Assembly (NCBI GenBank): GCA_038867895.1
Contig: JAWBXL010000008.1
Span: forward strand, 43-64,042
From: Candidatus Bathyarchaeia archaeon
GTDB taxonomy: Archaea; Thermoproteota; Bathyarchaeia; Bathyarchaeales; DTEX01
Reading direction: 5' to 3'
DNA: 64,000 nt
This document shows, in pieces, positions 62,933 through 64,000 of the stretch. The notes under the pieces were generated by a model that was not told where the DNA came from, ran no database searches, and saw nothing but the letters and a program-made list of their open reading frames with translations. Each line of letters begins with the position of its first letter. The stretch's first letter is position 1. Both the position numbers and the translations under genes were made by a program.

Positions 62933-63601
62933 CTAAAGTTGCCGAATTAAAGATGGTAAAATGCTTAGACTATTTATTATGGCGAATGCATCCTTCTCCG
63001 CATCTCCAGAGCTCCACCTCTCATTTCTAAATAAAATAAATTTTACTCCAGAGTTTCTTGCACATAAAGCATCTATAAAATGATCCCCAACAAATATCGC
63101 CTCAGAGGCGCGTACACCAAGGGCTTCGAGTGCTTTTAAGAGGGGCTCTGGGTCGGGTTTATGGTGGTAAACATCGTCCCTTGAAACCAAGACGTCAATA
63201 TACTTGCCTAGTGAGAGGGTCTCAAGTATCTTCATAGAATATGCGCTGCAGCTGTTCGTTACCACACCAATCTTAAGACCTAAACTCTTTAATGCAACTA
63301 AGGTTTCCAAGGATCCATCCATTAACCTAGCTTTATCTAGAGATCTTAGCTCAGCATCATTAAACATCGCATAAACACTGTTGATTATTTTCTTAATCCT
63401 TTCTCCACTAAAATTCTTTCTGCGCAGATCTTTTATCGCCCTATTAATGATCTCTAAGTTTGGCATGTTCTCGTCTAGAAGACTTTCATCCACGTCAGAT
63501 TCGACTAAGAATTTTATTATTGAAGATTTTACCCCCTTATAGTCTATTCCAGAGCGTATTAACGTATCATCTAAATCAAATATTACTGCTTTTACCCGCA
63601 T
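62933..63601 (-). CDS. HAD-superfamily hydrolase (subfamily IA, phosphatase-like)
   Basis: Motif I FDLDDTL, motif II VTNS and motif III/IV K...VGD. Confidence 0.8.
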   Translation of the reverse strand: MRVKAVIFDLDDTLIRSGIDYKGVKSSIIKFLVESDVDESLLDENMPNLEIINRAIKDLRRKNFSGERIKKIINSVYAMFNDAELRSLDKARLMDGSLETLVALKSLGLKIGVVTNSCSAYSMKILETLSLGKYIDVLVSRDDVYHHKPDPEPLLKALEALGVRASEAIFVGDHFIDALCARNSGVKFILFRNERWSSGDAEKDAFAIINSLSILPSLIRQL

Positions 63602-63704
63602 TGTGGAGCAACCAAGGCGATATTAACTGAGTGGAGCAAATATAATCTTTATCATTTTTCAGAAATCTATATATTGGCAGAGCATATACCTCTAATCGAT
63701 TAAG

Positions 63705-64000
63705 ATGAATAAAAACCCCCTTACAAAATTTCTCGTATTTCTTTTAGTTGGGCTACCTGTTTTCTTAATATACCTTTTTTTTGCCGTAGGTGTCAATGAA
63801 ATAATAAGCATATTCGAGGGGCTTGACGTACGAAATTACCTGTTATATTATGTTTCCGCCCTTGCAGCAGTTTTCTTAAGCACCCTCTTCTACTCAATGA
63901 GCTGGAATAAACTCATGGAGTCTATAGGAGTAAGGATAGGGGTAAAGAAGGCTTTCCTTTACTGCTGGCTTGGAAGCTTCGTGGATGCAATAATACCATT
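63705..64000 (+). CDS. flippase-like / UPF0104 (LPG-synthase TM-type) membrane protein, N-terminal part (runs off right edge)
   Basis: ATG 63705 with the frame open to the window end. The translation MNKNPLTKFLVFLLVGLPVFLIYLFF...YYVSALAAVFLSTLFYSMSWNKLM resembles UPF0104 N-termini. Confidence 0.55.
   Translation, partial: MNKNPLTKFLVFLLVGLPVFLIYLFFAVGVNEIISIFEGLDVRNYLLYYVSALAAVFLSTLFYSMSWNKLMESIGVRIGVKKAFLYCWLGSFVDAIIP

Noticed and set aside
1-64000. CRISPR arrays, transposases/IS elements, prophage or toxin-antitoxin modules
   Set aside because: I saw no regularly spaced direct repeats, no DDE, serine or tyrosine recombinase-like translations, and no terminal inverted repeats. A by-eye scan cannot exclude short degenerate repeats.

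Overview
Archaeal core-chromosome window. Hallmarks are TBP, reverse gyrase, the RtcB/EndA tRNA-splicing pair, ABCE1, aIF5B, GINS-MCM-Hel308, e-type ribosomal proteins (S4e, S6e, L19e, L32e, L35Ae) and a 15-gene ribosomal operon on the minus strand. Reverse gyrase implies a thermophile. Gene content and the GINS-MCM linkage look TACK/Thermoproteota-like; a Bathyarchaeia-type lineage is a guess I cannot verify here. The metabolic centrepiece is a complete five-subunit CODH/ACS operon (cdhABCDE). It is followed by three CooC/AcsF-type Ni-insertion ATPase paralogs, a ferredoxin with an HTH-like N-terminus, and a Pat-like fusion of an ADP-forming acyl-CoA synthetase (ACD) to a GNAT. About 12 kb further lies a second ACD with a partner carrying only the Pta N-terminal/DRTGG domains. 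That pair diverges from a CoA-transferase-GNAT fusion whose GNAT is paralogous to the first. I propose these form an uncharacterised acetyl-CoA-sensing lysine-acylation layer on Wood-Ljungdahl/acetate metabolism. Other notable items: ABCE1 must initiate at a non-canonical codon (probably ATT). It is preceded by a Shine-Dalgarno-led 27-codon Lys/Glu-rich micro-ORF inside a 415-bp AT-rich spacer. There is also a candidate C/D-box sRNA or nested hairpin between endA and rps6e, an orphan molybdopterin oxidoreductase with an atypical Cys motif, and a half-size MFS gene. I saw no CRISPR array, transposase, integrase or recognisable defence genes. All calls rest on reading the translations and DNA by eye; no searches were run.
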